From positions 2,900,435-2,964,434 of the forward strand of contig CBDHGI010000006.1 in assembly GCA_965263075.1 (NCBI GenBank): a DNA stretch of 64,000 bases, given 5' to 3'. Origin of the DNA: Chloroflexota bacterium (GTDB taxonomy: Bacteria; Chloroflexota; UBA11872). This document shows positions 10,300 through 23,195 of the stretch, piece after piece (within the stretch, counting starts at the first letter, position 1; each line of letters starts with the position of its first letter). Made by a program: the position numbers and the translations under genes. The notes under the pieces were generated by a model that was not told the DNA's origin, did no database searches, and saw only the letters and a program-made list of their open reading frames with translations.

Positions 10300-10797
10300 C
10301 TATTCCAGCGAAGCCCCCAGAATCTCCTCTGCCTGCGCCGCGCGGAAGTCGACCAGTTTCTGGCGAAGATCGGCATCGCCAAGCGCCAGGATCTCCACGG
10401 CCAGCAGGGCGGCGTTAGTGGCGCCGGCGCTGCCGATGGCCAGGGTGGCAACGGGAATCCCGCGCGGCATCTGGGCCATGGCCAGCAACGAGTCCAGGCC
10501 GTCGAGCGACCAGGCCTGCATCGGCACGCCCAGCACCGGCAGCAGTGTGTGCGCCGCCACCACCCCAGCCAGGTGCGCCGCGCCGCCGGCGGCGGCGATC
10601 AGTACGCGCATTCCGCGCGCCTCGGCCGTGCGCGCCCAATCCGCCGTCTCGTCCGGCGTGCGGTGCGCGGAGAGCACCCGAACCTCGTAGGGCACGCCGA
10701 AGTCACGCAGTGTGGCGGTGGTGCGCTGCATTACGTCCCAGTCGGTCGTGCTGCCCATCACGATGCCAACGCGCGGAGTCTCGTCGGAATTCGTCAT
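10300..10797 (-). CDS. purE: N5-carboxyaminoimidazole ribonucleotide mutase
   Basis: [35 protein letters not shown]. Confidence 0.95.
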   Translation of the reverse strand: MTNSDETPRVGIVMGSTTDWDVMQRTTATLRDFGVPYEVRVLSAHRTPDETADWARTAEARGMRVLIAAAGGAAHLAGVVAAHTLLPVLGVPMQAWSLDGLDSLLAMAQMPRGIPVATLAIGSAGATNAALLAVEILALGDADLRQKLVDFRAAQAEEILGASLE

Positions 10798-10804
10798 GGC
10801 CGCC

Positions 10805-12255
10805 TCACTCGCCCTGGGCCAGCGAATAGCCCGGCTCGCCGTCAAACGTGCACAGATTCTCGGTCTTGATGAAGTCCAGGCCTGCGTCCCCGATCCGTCC
10901 CAGCAGCGACGCAATAGCGGCGTGACTGACCGGACCATCGTTGTCCGCCATGAAACGGCCGCGCCAGTGATCGACTAGCAGCCCGCTGGCCAGGGCGTCG
11001 GGCCACACGGTCCCGCCGCGGTTGCTGATCATACGCAGGTCCAGGTCGGCGCCGGCTGCTGCCTGCAGCAGCTGCGCCAGATCCGCGGGCGTCCGGCCGT
11101 GCCAGTCCAGGAAGACGTCCACTCCCACGGTCTGCTTGGCCGGTCTGGCGCGGGGTGAGATGGCTGAAGCGTCCAGCGGAGCCGTGCCGCCTTCCGCGAA
11201 GACCGCGGCGGGTAGCGTTTGCGGGCCTTGCCTCAGGCGCTCCACAACGGCGTGTCCGAATTCGCGGGTGCCAACCTTGACCTGGCTGCGTTCGGGATCG
11301 TGAACGTCGTAGGTGTGGATGCCGTCCTCCAGGGTTCGTAGCCAGGCGTTTTGGACGCGGGCCGCGACCTCGCTCTGGCCGATGTGCACCAGCATCAGCA
11401 CGGCGGCATTCAACAAGCCCGAGGGATTGGCCAGGTTCTGGCCGGCGCGCCGGGGTGCGGACCCGTGGATCGCCTCGAACATGGCCGCGCCCACGCCGAT
11501 GTTGGCCGCGCCCGCCATGCCCACCGACCCGGCAATCTGCGCGGCAACGTCGGACAGGATGTCGCCGTAGAGATTCGGCAGCACAACCACGTCGAACGCC
11601 CCGGGCGTGTCGGCCAGCTTGGCCGCGCCGATATCGACGATCCAGTACTCGGACTCGATTTCGGGATAGTCAACCGCCACCTCATTGAAGACATCGTGAA
11701 ACAGGCCGTCCGACAGCTTCATGATGTTGTCTTTGGCGAAGGCCGTGACCTTTGAACGACCGTTGCGCCGCGCGTAGTCGAACGCGAAACGAATAATCCG
11801 CTCGCTGCCCGGGCGGCTGATGAGCTTGAGCGATTGCATCACGTCGGCGGTCTGGCGGTGTTCGATCCCGGCGTACAGGTCTTCTTCGTTCTCCCGGATC
11901 ACGACCAAGTCCATGCCCGGATGCTTGGACTGGACGTGCGGGTGGTAGGCCACGGCAGGCCGCACGTTGGCGTAGAGGCCCAGCGCCATGCGGGTGGTGA
12001 CGTTCAGACTCTTGTAGCCGCCGCCCTGCGGGGTGGTGATAGGAGCTTTCAGGAAGACCCGCGTACGGCGGATGGACTCCCAGGCCCCGGCGTCGATGCC
12101 GGACGAAATGCCGCGCAGGTAGACCTGCTCGCCGATTTCAATGGTCTCGATGTCAAGACTCGCACCAGCGGCCTCCAATATCTCGAGCACTGCGGCCATG
12201 ATCTCGGGGCTATGCCGTCGCCATGTGCGACGGTGATGGGGGTTGCGGGCGGCAT
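10805..12255 (-). pseudogene. icd: NADP-dependent isocitrate dehydrogenase with a 1-nt deletion frameshift near codon 16 (real or assembly error)
   Basis: MPPATPITVAHGDGI in one frame continues as PEIMAAVLEIL...KAPITTPQGGGYKSLNV...NLYGDILSD...EAIHGSAP in another. Confidence 0.85.
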
Positions 12256-12342
12256 GCAGCATTCCTGTCAATTGGCCGACGAACTGGCCGCGGTAAGTGT
12301 ACGGCTGGTCAGGAGAGCCGCCGCGGATCCGTTTCGCTGTGC

Positions 12343-12918
12343 TCAGGCGAAGCGCAGGGTCGGGTCCACCCGGCAGTGCCGAATCCACTCATCCAGCGCC
12401 GCCATGAATTCACCAAGCTGCTCGCGCGTGCCTTCGTCGGTCAGGTTGCCGTCCGAGTCGAATCGCCGTCGGGAGCGCGCCAGCAGCAGCTCGGGGTCGA
12501 TCATGATCCGCACGCTGTTGTGCAGGGCGATCTGCCGCATGTGCATCTGGGCGCGCACCGTGCCCTGGCGTCCGCCGACGCCCATGATGGCGGCCGGTTT
12601 GCCGTCCAGGGGCGAGGGCCGGCCGCGCGAGGCCCAGTCGATGGCGTTCTTGAGCACGCCGCTGATTGAGTAGTTGTACTCGGGTACGGCGAAAAGCAAG
12701 CCGTCGGCCGCCGCGATGGCCTGTTGCATGGCCGTGACCGGCTCGGGATTTCCGGCCCGCTCCACGTCCGCGTTGAAGAGCGGGATGTCGTGCAGGGCGA
12801 ATATCGACATTTCCATGCCGGGCGGCAGCAGCGTGGCGGCGGCGCGGAGCAGGCCGCTGTTGAACGAGCCGCCTCGCAGGCTGCCTGAGATTCCGAGAAC
12901 TTTGATTGCGTCGGCCAC
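12343..12918 (-). CDS. NADPH-dependent FMN reductase
   Basis: GSLRGGSFN and PEYNYSISGVLKNAIDWASR. Confidence 0.92.
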   Translation of the reverse strand: MADAIKVLGISGSLRGGSFNSGLLRAAATLLPPGMEMSIFALHDIPLFNADVERAGNPEPVTAMQQAIAAADGLLFAVPEYNYSISGVLKNAIDWASRGRPSPLDGKPAAIMGVGGRQGTVRAQMHMRQIALHNSVRIMIDPELLLARSRRRFDSDGNLTDEGTREQLGEFMAALDEWIRHCRVDPTLRFA

Positions 12919-12996
12919 CAGTGGCCTCCTTAAGGTTGACGTGCGGACACTGGCCCGCCGGACCGCCGAGGGCGCTTCAGCGCCAGCAACTCCGCG

Positions 12997-13890
12997 CTAC
13001 GACGCCGGCTCCACCGTCACGCCGTTCAGATCTTCCAGCGGTCGAATGACGGCGGAGGTGTTCTGGCCTCCGTAGCCGCGGGCCTGGGCTTCCTTGTAGA
13101 GCTCGTTGACCGTGCTGGTGACCAGCATGCGCACACCCGTCAGCTTGCCCAGGTCGGCGGCGAGCTGCTGGTCCTTGGCGTGCAAGTCCAACGCGAACAT
13201 GGGATCGAAGTTCCGCGCCAGCACGCTGTCCTTGACCATGCGCTCGTGCCCGGGGCTGCTGGCGGTGGCGCTCTGCAGCGTCTCGTACATGGCGGCCGGA
13301 TCGATACCGTACTTGACGGCTGCCACATAGGCCTCGGAAATCACGGCGTTCACGGCGGCGCCGATCAGGTTGTTGCAGAGCTTTACGACGCTGCCACTGC
13401 CGGAGGGTCCGAAGTGGCGAATGTTGGCGCCGACGGCATCGAAGACGGGTCCGCCCCGCTCGAAGTCGTCGGCCTCGCCGCCCACCATGATGGCGAGTGT
13501 GCCGGCTTCAGCGCCCCAGACACCGCCGCTGATCGGCGCGTCCAGATAGCCGCAGCCCTTGGCCGCCGCCGCGTCGCTCACCCGCTGGGATGTGTCGGGA
13601 CCGTTGGTGCTGAAGTCGATCCAGAGCTGGCCGTCGCTGGCGCCCTCGATGACTCCGTCGTCGCCGAGAAACACCTCGTCGCACACCTGCGGGATCGGGA
13701 GGCAGGCGCAGACGACGTCCACGCTGGCGGCCACTTCGGCCGGGGTGCTGGCGGCCTCGCCGCCGGCGGCCACGAAATCATTGACCTTGCCGCGGCTGCG
13801 GTTGTGTACGACGACGTCAAATCCGGCGGCTCGCAGATTGCGGGCCATCGGGAGGCCCATGGCCCCCAACCCGATAAATCCGACTCTCAT
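12997..13890 (-). CDS. 3-hydroxyisobutyrate dehydrogenase/tartronate semialdehyde reductase family oxidoreductase
   Basis: GFIGLGAMG, LDAPISGG, KLCNN. Confidence 0.9.
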   Translation of the reverse strand: MRVGFIGLGAMGLPMARNLRAAGFDVVVHNRSRGKVNDFVAAGGEAASTPAEVAASVDVVCACLPIPQVCDEVFLGDDGVIEGASDGQLWIDFSTNGPDTSQRVSDAAAAKGCGYLDAPISGGVWGAEAGTLAIMVGGEADDFERGGPVFDAVGANIRHFGPSGSGSVVKLCNNLIGAAVNAVISEAYVAAVKYGIDPAAMYETLQSATASSPGHERMVKDSVLARNFDPMFALDLHAKDQQLAADLGKLTGVRMLVTSTVNELYKEAQARGYGGQNTSAVIRPLEDLNGVTVEPAS

Positions 13891-13957
13891 GGCGTGTGCC
13901 TCGTTTCGTTGGATTGATCGCCAGCTTGCCATCCCCGGCTAGTGACCGGGAAAAGTG

Positions 13958-14857
13958 TCAAGCCGTTGGCCGGCCCGTTATCTGGCGGCCAATGCGTGCC
14001 AACTCCTCGCCGCCGCTGAGGATGCGTGCCCCTACGTTGTGCAGCAGGTGGCGCACGCGGGCCTCGTCATCCATGTCTGGGTCGGCCCAGCTGCAGAGAA
14101 ATGCCAGTCCCTCGGCTTCGCAGGCTGCCTGGATGGTATTTCGAGCGTTGTCCATTTCCGGGGCATAGGGGGGATCGTGCCAGTCGGGGTGGCCGTGGGA
14201 TACGCCCATGTCCCCCGGTCCCCATTCGCTGAAGAACAGGCCGGGGACGGCGGTAATCTCGAAGGCGCGCTTCATGCCTTGGCGGTCTTCGATCTTCAGA
14301 CCCAGCAGCAGTTCGCCTTCCGGGTTGAGCGGCCAGGGATCGGCCTTGCGGATGTATTCCATGGGATCAAGTCCCCAGATCTCAGCCGCGACGCCCTGTC
14401 CGCCCATGCCGCGGGTGCCCTCGCCCAGGCCCTCGCCGACGCCGAGCCGGCTGGTGGGGTACCGGACCGCTTCCACGAAGGCGCGCACCGCCTCAGGGGT
14501 TCGGGCATGACACAACACCAGGCCATGCACGCCGGCGGCCAGGATGTGGCGAATTTGCCAGTCGTTGGCGCGTACGGCGGCTTCGGAAAGGCCGTTGACG
14601 GGCAGCGTGCAGAGGACGGTGGGCGTGCGGTGGCCGGTGGGCGTGGGACCGGCGTCGCGCAGCCCCTGCATGAAGTCGACGAGGCCGCGCGTGTCGAGCC
14701 CGTGATGCTCAAACTCGACCAGGATGAAATCGGCCCAGGTGCCGGCCATCTCGCGTCCGCGCTCGTAGGTGAGGCGTTCGGACATGCCGGTGTAGTAGAG
14801 AGGCTCGCCGGATTCGTAGAGCTCGATGCAGCGGTTGATGCGTGGGGCGTCAGCCAT
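13958..14857 (-). CDS. HpcH/HpaI aldolase family protein
   Basis: VEFEHHG, LAAGVHG, KIED, WGPGDMG. Confidence 0.8.
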   Translation of the reverse strand: MADAPRINRCIELYESGEPLYYTGMSERLTYERGREMAGTWADFILVEFEHHGLDTRGLVDFMQGLRDAGPTPTGHRTPTVLCTLPVNGLSEAAVRANDWQIRHILAAGVHGLVLCHARTPEAVRAFVEAVRYPTSRLGVGEGLGEGTRGMGGQGVAAEIWGLDPMEYIRKADPWPLNPEGELLLGLKIEDRQGMKRAFEITAVPGLFFSEWGPGDMGVSHGHPDWHDPPYAPEMDNARNTIQAACEAEGLAFLCSWADPDMDDEARVRHLLHNVGARILSGGEELARIGRQITGRPTA

Positions 14858-15731
14858 CGGACGTGTCCTTCCCGGCAAGCAGGGCGCGGGCGGCGCGTAC
14901 CACGATGCCCGCCATGTCCGCACAGTTTGCCCGGTATTCGTCGGTGCCGAAGATGTTGGGCCAGTCGCGGCGGTAAACGAGGTCGCTGACCGTGAGGATC
15001 AAGCCCAGGTCGACGCCGCGGAACTCGGAGACGATCATCAGGGCGGAGGCCTCCATGTCCACGCTCAGGACGCCTTGTTCGCCGTAGTGGCGCACCTTGC
15101 CGGTGAACTCGCGGTAGGGGGCGTCGGTGCTCCAGACGCGGCCGGCGTGGGCTGGGCGCTGGCTGGCCTTGGCGGCCTCGATTAGGGCGCGGGTGGCCGG
15201 CCCGTCGGCGCGGGCCTGGTGCTCGGGCGGCTGGTAGTGATACGAGGTGCCTTCTTCCCGCAGGGCGTTGGTGGCGATCACGTAGTCGCCGACCTGGATT
15301 CCCGGCTTTAGAGCGCCGGTTGCGCCGGCGATCAGGAAGGTGCGCGCGCCGAGCGCCATCAACTCTTCAAGGGTCATGGCGGAGCGTGCGCCGCCCACGG
15401 GTATGCGCGCCACGCCGACGGGGTGGCCGTCCAGTTCGCCAATTCGCAGTCCGGGGCGCAGCTTGGAATCGGTATCCCTGGTGGCGCCCTTCGAACGAGC
15501 GATGGTTCTTGGGCCACGCAAGCCAAGACGAATGTCCGACTCCGCGGCGCCCACGGCCTCGGCCATGGGGTCGATCATGATGTCGACAAACCCGCCGATG
15601 ACCAGCGGCGGGCAGTTCTCGTTGGGATCGCGGCCGCGGCGCTTGGCGTATTCGCGCACGTGGGATTCCGGGTCGATGACGGGCGTGGCGTCGCCGTGTG
15701 CGTTGAGCCAGTCGGGTGGGGACGAGGACAT
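14850..15731 (-). CDS. Nucleoside phosphorylase (PNP/UDP family)
   Basis: ALREEGTSYHY, WSTDAPYRE, VDMEASA. Confidence 0.88.
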   Translation of the reverse strand: MSSSPPDWLNAHGDATPVIDPESHVREYAKRRGRDPNENCPPLVIGGFVDIMIDPMAEAVGAAESDIRLGLRGPRTIARSKGATRDTDSKLRPGLRIGELDGHPVGVARIPVGGARSAMTLEELMALGARTFLIAGATGALKPGIQVGDYVIATNALREEGTSYHYQPPEHQARADGPATRALIEAAKASQRPAHAGRVWSTDAPYREFTGKVRHYGEQGVLSVDMEASALMIVSEFRGVDLGLILTVSDLVYRRDWPNIFGTDEYRANCADMAGIVVRAARALLAGKDTSDG

Positions 15732-15929
15732 GGGAGCGGCCTGGGAGGGGGTGAGCGAGGCTAGCAGAGCACCCGGAGGCCGATAGCGGAGCTTGACCGG
15801 GTCCGTCTCAAGCGTGGGCGGCCTGTGGAGCAGGCCTCGGCTCCAGGCGCTATCTCAAGGCCGGCAAGGAGTCGAGGTCAACCTTCCACACCGGCAAGGA
15901 GTTGCCCCCTGCGAACGCCTGGCTGGCGA

Positions 15930-18134
<2,205 letters not shown>

Positions 18135-18306
18135 CTATCACGGTCCCATTCGCGGACGCAGGCAGGCCGGGTAGGCCGACCGGCGCAAGGCAAAACGTGG
18201 CGTGGCGGTCTGGCGATTGACAATCACTAACGGTCGGAGTCCACTGGATGAGGCTTAAGCCCGACCGACGGGCAAGTGTGGAAAGAGCTCGCTGCGAGGA
18301 CGCGAG

Positions 18307-19152
18307 ATGAACACAGCATCGTCCGAAGACCAATTCGCCTGGGCCGAACTGAGCACCGGGCAGCGCATCCGAGGCCTGGAGGTTGAGGGTTTCGTCGTGT
18401 TGCCGGGCACGCTGGATGCCCAGACGGTCGCCCGGCTGAAGGCGCAGGCGTCGGCCTGGGATCCGACGCCAGTGCACTACAGCCAGCACCAGCGCACGCA
18501 GTCGGATGTGCAGTTCGCGGGCGGTGCGGTGACAGAGTTGATCGCCCATTCGCCCGTGATCAAGTTCCTCCGGGCGGCTCTTGGGCCCGACCTGGTGTTC
18601 ATGCACGCGCACTACGCGATTTCGGCGCCGGGACATCCGGGCATGAACCTGCATACCGACTCTCATCCGTACGGGACCAGCGACTGGGGGTACGCGTTCA
18701 GCGCGCCGCGGCAGGTGCGGGTTCTGTATTACCTGGACGACTTGACGATGGACGTGGCTCCGTTGCGGGTAGTTCCGCGGTCGCATCTGTCCATGCATCC
18801 GGATGCCAACCCGTACAAGCGCTACCCCTCGCATCCGGATGAGCGAGTGATCACCGCGCCGGCTGGTACGGCGGTCGTGATCAACCTGGCCCTTTTCCAC
18901 GCCAACGGTCCGAACACCGGCGCGCGAGCGCGCGAGATGATTGCAATGTCGTATCGCCCTGCCTGGTGCGGCCCGACCGTGCAGGACCTGGAGCCGTGGG
19001 CGGACGAGGTGCTGGCAAGTATTCCGCCCGACGTTCGCGAGCTTTGCGGGGACCGCAACCAGCGGGCGACCCACTCCGAAGCGGGCATGCCGCCGATCGA
19101 TCCGCGCACCAACGCCGCGGGGATCAGCCCCCGCCGCTGGGAGAGCGTCTAG
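18307..19152 (+). CDS. PhyH-family Fe(II)/2OG dioxygenase
   Basis: GFVVLPG, HTD, VVPRSH, LFHAN (HxD...H triad). Confidence 0.85.
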   Translation: MNTASSEDQFAWAELSTGQRIRGLEVEGFVVLPGTLDAQTVARLKAQASAWDPTPVHYSQHQRTQSDVQFAGGAVTELIAHSPVIKFLRAALGPDLVFMHAHYAISAPGHPGMNLHTDSHPYGTSDWGYAFSAPRQVRVLYYLDDLTMDVAPLRVVPRSHLSMHPDANPYKRYPSHPDERVITAPAGTAVVINLALFHANGPNTGARAREMIAMSYRPAWCGPTVQDLEPWADEVLASIPPDVRELCGDRNQRATHSEAGMPPIDPRTNAAGISPRRWESV

Positions 19153-20177
19153 AGCCGAACCGTCCGCCCGCTGGCAGCCGACTCGTAGGCGGCATGCACC
19201 ACGCGCAACGCGGCCAGGGCTTCGGCGCCGGTGATTGGCGCCGGCTCGCCCAGGCAGGCGCGTAGCGTGCGCTCGATCCACGGGGTGTAGTTGGCGAAAT
19301 CCGGGCCGCCGTAGGCGATGCGGCGGTCCGGCACGCCGCCCAGGTCCGGCGACGCGGAGTGCCACTCAAGCAGGTGTCGGTCGGACGCTCCGAAGCGAAG
19401 CCAGCCGTTGGAGCCCCAGAGACTCAGGTCCAGCTGGTAGGGCTTGTCCAGCAGGTAGCCGGAGACCAGCGAGCCATAGGCGCCGTTGGCGAGCCGCAAG
19501 TTGACCAGAGCCAGGTCCTCCACGTCGATAGGCGCGCCGCCCACCACGCCCGTCATTGACTGGACCTCGACGACCGGGGAGTTGGTGATGAACGTCATCA
19601 GGTCGATCCAGTGGATGCCCAGCCAGATCAGGTGACCGCCGCCGGCCAGCGAGCGCTTGAACGTCCAGTCGCGCTCGCCGTGCGCGGGCCAGATGCGCGT
19701 CTGGTCGGCGATCACGGCGCCGCGCAGCGCGTAGGCCCGGCCCAGCGCGCCGCTGGCGAAGATGCGGCGGGCGTCCTGCACCCAGGGATTGAGGCGGCGG
19801 GCCAAGGGAACGATGAGGTGGCGGTCGCGCTCCTCGGCCAGCTCAACCAACACCGCGAACTGGTCGGGGTGCGTGCAGGCGGGTTTTTCCACCATCACGT
19901 GACATCCGGCCTGCAGGCAGCGACGAACCGCGGGCGGCGCGTGCGCGGCGATCAGCGAGACGATGGCCAGGTCAGGCGCGGCGCTTAGCAGGCCGGACGC
20001 CAGGTCGTGGTGCGTGCCGCGTAGCTTGGGGCCGAGGGTTTGTCGTGCTTCAGCGAACGTGCCGCCGGATTGGTCCACGACGGTGACCGAGTCCACCAGG
20101 TCCAGGTCGCGCAGCGCCTGCAGGAAGAAGGCCCGGTGGCCCTGCTCGTCGGCCTCCATCACCAGCGTGACGTGCAT
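19149..20177 (-). CDS. Gfo/Idh/MocA family oxidoreductase
   Basis: HVMVEKP, GGGHLIWLGIHWID. Confidence 0.88.
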   Translation of the reverse strand: MHVTLVMEADEQGHRAFFLQALRDLDLVDSVTVVDQSGGTFAEARQTLGPKLRGTHHDLASGLLSAAPDLAIVSLIAAHAPPAVRRCLQAGCHVMVEKPACTHPDQFAVLVELAEERDRHLIVPLARRLNPWVQDARRIFASGALGRAYALRGAVIADQTRIWPAHGERDWTFKRSLAGGGHLIWLGIHWIDLMTFITNSPVVEVQSMTGVVGGAPIDVEDLALVNLRLANGAYGSLVSGYLLDKPYQLDLSLWGSNGWLRFGASDRHLLEWHSASPDLGGVPDRRIAYGGPDFANYTPWIERTLRACLGEPAPITGAEALAALRVVHAAYESAASGRTVRL

Positions 20178-20287
20178 ACGATCCCCGGTCCGGCTGCCCG
20201 CGCAACTGCCCAGTCTAGGCCGAGGTCGTCACACCGAGCGGAAAGGGGCCGTTGCTAGACTGAATTTGCAGCTACCCGAGGTGCCGC

Positions 20288-21313
20288 ATGTCCGCGCGTC
20301 CCATCCTGTTAGTCGCCGGCGGCGCCGGTTTTATCGGCGCTAACTTTGTGCATCACGTGCGGGCCGTGCGTCCTGATTGGGACGTGCGGGTGCTCGACGC
20401 GCTGACCTACGCGGGCGACCGCCGCCGGCTGGAAGGCGCGGGCTGCGACCTGATCGTTGGCGACATTGCAGATACCGAGACCGTGCAATCCGCGCTGGAC
20501 GACGTGACCTGGCTGGTGAACTTTGCCGCCGAGACGCACGTGGACCGCTCGCTGCTCGACGCCGAGCCGTTTCTGCGGACCAACGTGACCGGTACCTACC
20601 GGCTGTTCGAGGCGGCGCGGCAGGCCGGCGTGGCCAAGGCCGTGCACGTGAGCACGGACGAGGTTTACGGTGAGACGCGCGGCGCGGCCTTTGTCGAAAC
20701 GGATCCGCCGGCGCCCCGCAACCCCTACTCGGCCTCCAAGGCGGCCGGCGAGTTGATGGTGCTGGCCAGCTGGCAGACGCATCAGTTTCCGGTCTGCATC
20801 ACGCGCGGGGTGAACACCATCGGTCCCTGGCAGCACCCGGAGAAGGCCGTGCCGCTGTTCACCATCAACGCGATGCGGGGCCAGCCCCTGCCCTTGTACG
20901 GGCGCGGCGAGCAGCAGCGGGACCGGCTGCACGTGGAGGACCACGCCAGCGCGATTTTGACGGTGCTCGAGAAGGGCCTGCCCGGCGAGGTCTACAACGT
21001 CGCGGCCGATAACAACCGCGACAACCTGACTGTGGCGCAACGTATCTGCGAGCGAGCCGGCGCGTCCCAGAACCTGATCCACTTTGTGGAGGACCGAACG
21101 GGGCACGACTGGAACTACGCGCTGGACAGCACCAAGCTTCAGGCGCTCGGCTGGTCGCGGCGCTACGACTTCCAGGCGGCGCTGGACGCCACGGTGGACT
21201 GGTATCTCAAGGCGCAGGATTGGTGGGCGCCGATTGTGGACGGTGAGTTCCAGGCCTACTACGAAAGGCAATACGCGGAGCGGCTGGCTGGGGCGGAGGC
21301 CTTCCGCGGTTAG
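20288..21313 (+). CDS. rfbB: dTDP-glucose 4,6-dehydratase
   Basis: GGAGFIG, DALTYAG, AAETHVDRS, STDEVYG, YSASK. Confidence 0.92.
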   Translation: MSARPILLVAGGAGFIGANFVHHVRAVRPDWDVRVLDALTYAGDRRRLEGAGCDLIVGDIADTETVQSALDDVTWLVNFAAETHVDRSLLDAEPFLRTNVTGTYRLFEAARQAGVAKAVHVSTDEVYGETRGAAFVETDPPAPRNPYSASKAAGELMVLASWQTHQFPVCITRGVNTIGPWQHPEKAVPLFTINAMRGQPLPLYGRGEQQRDRLHVEDHASAILTVLEKGLPGEVYNVAADNNRDNLTVAQRICERAGASQNLIHFVEDRTGHDWNYALDSTKLQALGWSRRYDFQAALDATVDWYLKAQDWWAPIVDGEFQAYYERQYAERLAGAEAFRG

Positions 21314-21359
21314 CCCAACCCGGCTGCCCCGATACACCTGGCGCGCGGCCTGGCGCTGG

Positions 21360-21959
21360 ATGCGCTGGGACGTTCCGACCCGCATCGTGTTTCTGATCGG
21401 CGCGCCGCTGATCTGGATTGCGGTGGCTGGGATTGACCCGTCAGCCATCGGTCTGAGGCTCGGGCTGGCGCCATTGGACTGGATCCTGATTGCGCTGTGG
21501 TCAGTTGGCGTGGCGCTGGTGACGCTGAGCTACCGGCGCTGGCTCTGGCCGGTACGCGCGGTGGCGGGGCGCTCGGCGCTGCCGCTGGACCTGCCGTTCT
21601 TCCTGGTGCTGAACCCGGTTGCCGAAGAGCTGTTCTTTCGGGGCGCGGCGATGTTCGGCCTGGCCAACCTGATCGGGATGCCCTGGTCCATAGTGGTCAC
21701 GTCGCTGGTGTTCGGCCTGCACCACGGGCTGGACCGGCAGTTCCCACGCTCGTTCCTGGTGCTGGGCACGCTGGGCGGGCTGCTCTTTGGTATCGCGGCG
21801 GCGCACTTCGAATCAGTCGCGCCGGCCATCGTGCTGCACGTTGCCGCCGACGCCGTGATCTTCGTGGCCGCCGCGCCGATTCTGGAGCGGTTGGGCGTGG
21901 GTGTGCGCTTGCCGGCGCGGCTGCTGGACCAAGGTCCGGTGCCTACGCGCAGCGCTTGA
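21360..21959 (+). CDS. CPBP (Abi/CAAX) intramembrane glutamic endopeptidase; start approximate
   Basis: EELFFRG, FGLHH and IVLH motifs with several TM segments. Confidence 0.8.
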   Translation: MRWDVPTRIVFLIGAPLIWIAVAGIDPSAIGLRLGLAPLDWILIALWSVGVALVTLSYRRWLWPVRAVAGRSALPLDLPFFLVLNPVAEELFFRGAAMFGLANLIGMPWSIVVTSLVFGLHHGLDRQFPRSFLVLGTLGGLLFGIAAAHFESVAPAIVLHVAADAVIFVAAAPILERLGVGVRLPARLLDQGPVPTRSA

Positions 21960-22013
21960 CCGGCTCGGACCAACGCCGCCGCCGTGCTGGCTCATTGCTA
22001 GACTGACTTTCCT

Positions 22014-22087
22014 GACCCCGTAGCTCAGTTGGATAGAGCGTGTGGTTGCGGACCACAAGGCCGGAGGTTCGAGTCCTCTCGGGGTCG
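22014..22087 (+). tRNA. tRNA-Arg(GCG)
   Basis: Acceptor GACCCCG/CGGGGTC; D-arm with A20; anticodon arm TGTGG-TT-GCG-GA-CCACA; GTTCGAGTC T-loop; CCA not encoded. Confidence 0.93.
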
Positions 22088-22124
22088 CCCAACACCGCAC
22101 CCGTTGACGGAGTCGCCGACCCGC

Positions 22125-23111
22125 ATGGCTGACGGCCCAATTCCTCGCCGACGCATCGGCGCTTCGGACCTTCAGGCCGGCACGGTCGGCGTGGGCACCT
22201 GGCAGTGGGGCGACCGGGCCTACTGGGACGATCACGACGGCCAGGAACCCACCGATATCGAGGCCGCGTATCACGCGACGGTGGAGCGCGGCGCCGACTT
22301 TCTGGACACCGCCGAGCTTTATGGCTTTGGCGAGTCGGAGCGCGTGATTGGCCGGCTGCGCACGGGCGATACGCGTCCGGCGGTGGTCGCCACCAAGTAC
22401 ATGCCCGCGCCCACGCGCTGGCGCGTGCGTGCAGCGGATGCGGCGATCGACGCGAGTCTCAAGCGCCTGGGCGTGGACCGGATCGACCTGTACCAGGTGC
22501 ACTGGCCGTACAGCTTCATTCCGCACCGCCACCTGCTCCGGCGTCTGGCGCGGGCTGTCCACGACGGCCGCCTGGCCCATGTCGGCGTCAGCAACTTCAC
22601 CGCACCGCAGATGCGGCGCGCGCACGCGGTGCTGGCCGACGCCGGCGTGCCCCTCGTCTCGAACCAGGTGTCCTACAGTCTGCTGCGCCGGGCGCCCGAG
22701 GTGAACGGCGTGCTGGACGCCTGCCACGAGCTGGACGTGACGCTGATCGCCTACAGCCCGCTGGCCCAGGGCTTGCTCAGCGGCAAGTACGGACCGGGCG
22801 GTCGCCAGCCACGCTCACGGCCGATGCGGCGCGTCCTCCGGGCCAAGACGCCGGAACGGGTGATGCCGCTGCTCGACACCCTGCGGCGGATTGGGGAGTC
22901 CGTGGGGGCTACCGCCGGCCAGGTCGCCGTGGCCTGGACCCTTCGCGACTCGGCGGTGCTGCCGATCGTGGGCGCTCGCACGTCCGGCCAGGCGGAGGCC
23001 AATGCCGACGCCGCGTTGATCGACCTGGACGACGAGGCCCTGCGCGAGCTTGACGCCGCATCGCGTGCGTACCGCACGGCCGGCGCGTTGGCACGCCGGC
23101 TTCGAGGCTGA
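22125..23111 (+). CDS. Aldo/keto reductase
   Basis: GVGTWQWG, DTAELYG, DLYQVHW, GVSNF, AYSPLAQG. Confidence 0.92.
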   Translation: MADGPIPRRRIGASDLQAGTVGVGTWQWGDRAYWDDHDGQEPTDIEAAYHATVERGADFLDTAELYGFGESERVIGRLRTGDTRPAVVATKYMPAPTRWRVRAADAAIDASLKRLGVDRIDLYQVHWPYSFIPHRHLLRRLARAVHDGRLAHVGVSNFTAPQMRRAHAVLADAGVPLVSNQVSYSLLRRAPEVNGVLDACHELDVTLIAYSPLAQGLLSGKYGPGGRQPRSRPMRRVLRAKTPERVMPLLDTLRRIGESVGATAGQVAVAWTLRDSAVLPIVGARTSGQAEANADAALIDLDDEALRELDAASRAYRTAGALARRLRG

Positions 23112-23195
23112 GTGCCAGCCAAACCAAGAAAAGGCACTAACTCGCCAGGCTCAGGGCGCGTATCCTGAGATGAAGGCTCAAGGGGGAGCACAAGC

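Noticed and set aside
10805-12388. 527-aa ORF as listed for icd
   Set aside because: Its N-terminal ~60 aa are not Icd-like and overlap the upstream gene; the real start is 12255 in another frame.
15861-15902. CCGGCAAGGAGT repeated twice, 30 bp apart
   Set aside because: Only two short copies; not a CRISPR array and no supportable function.
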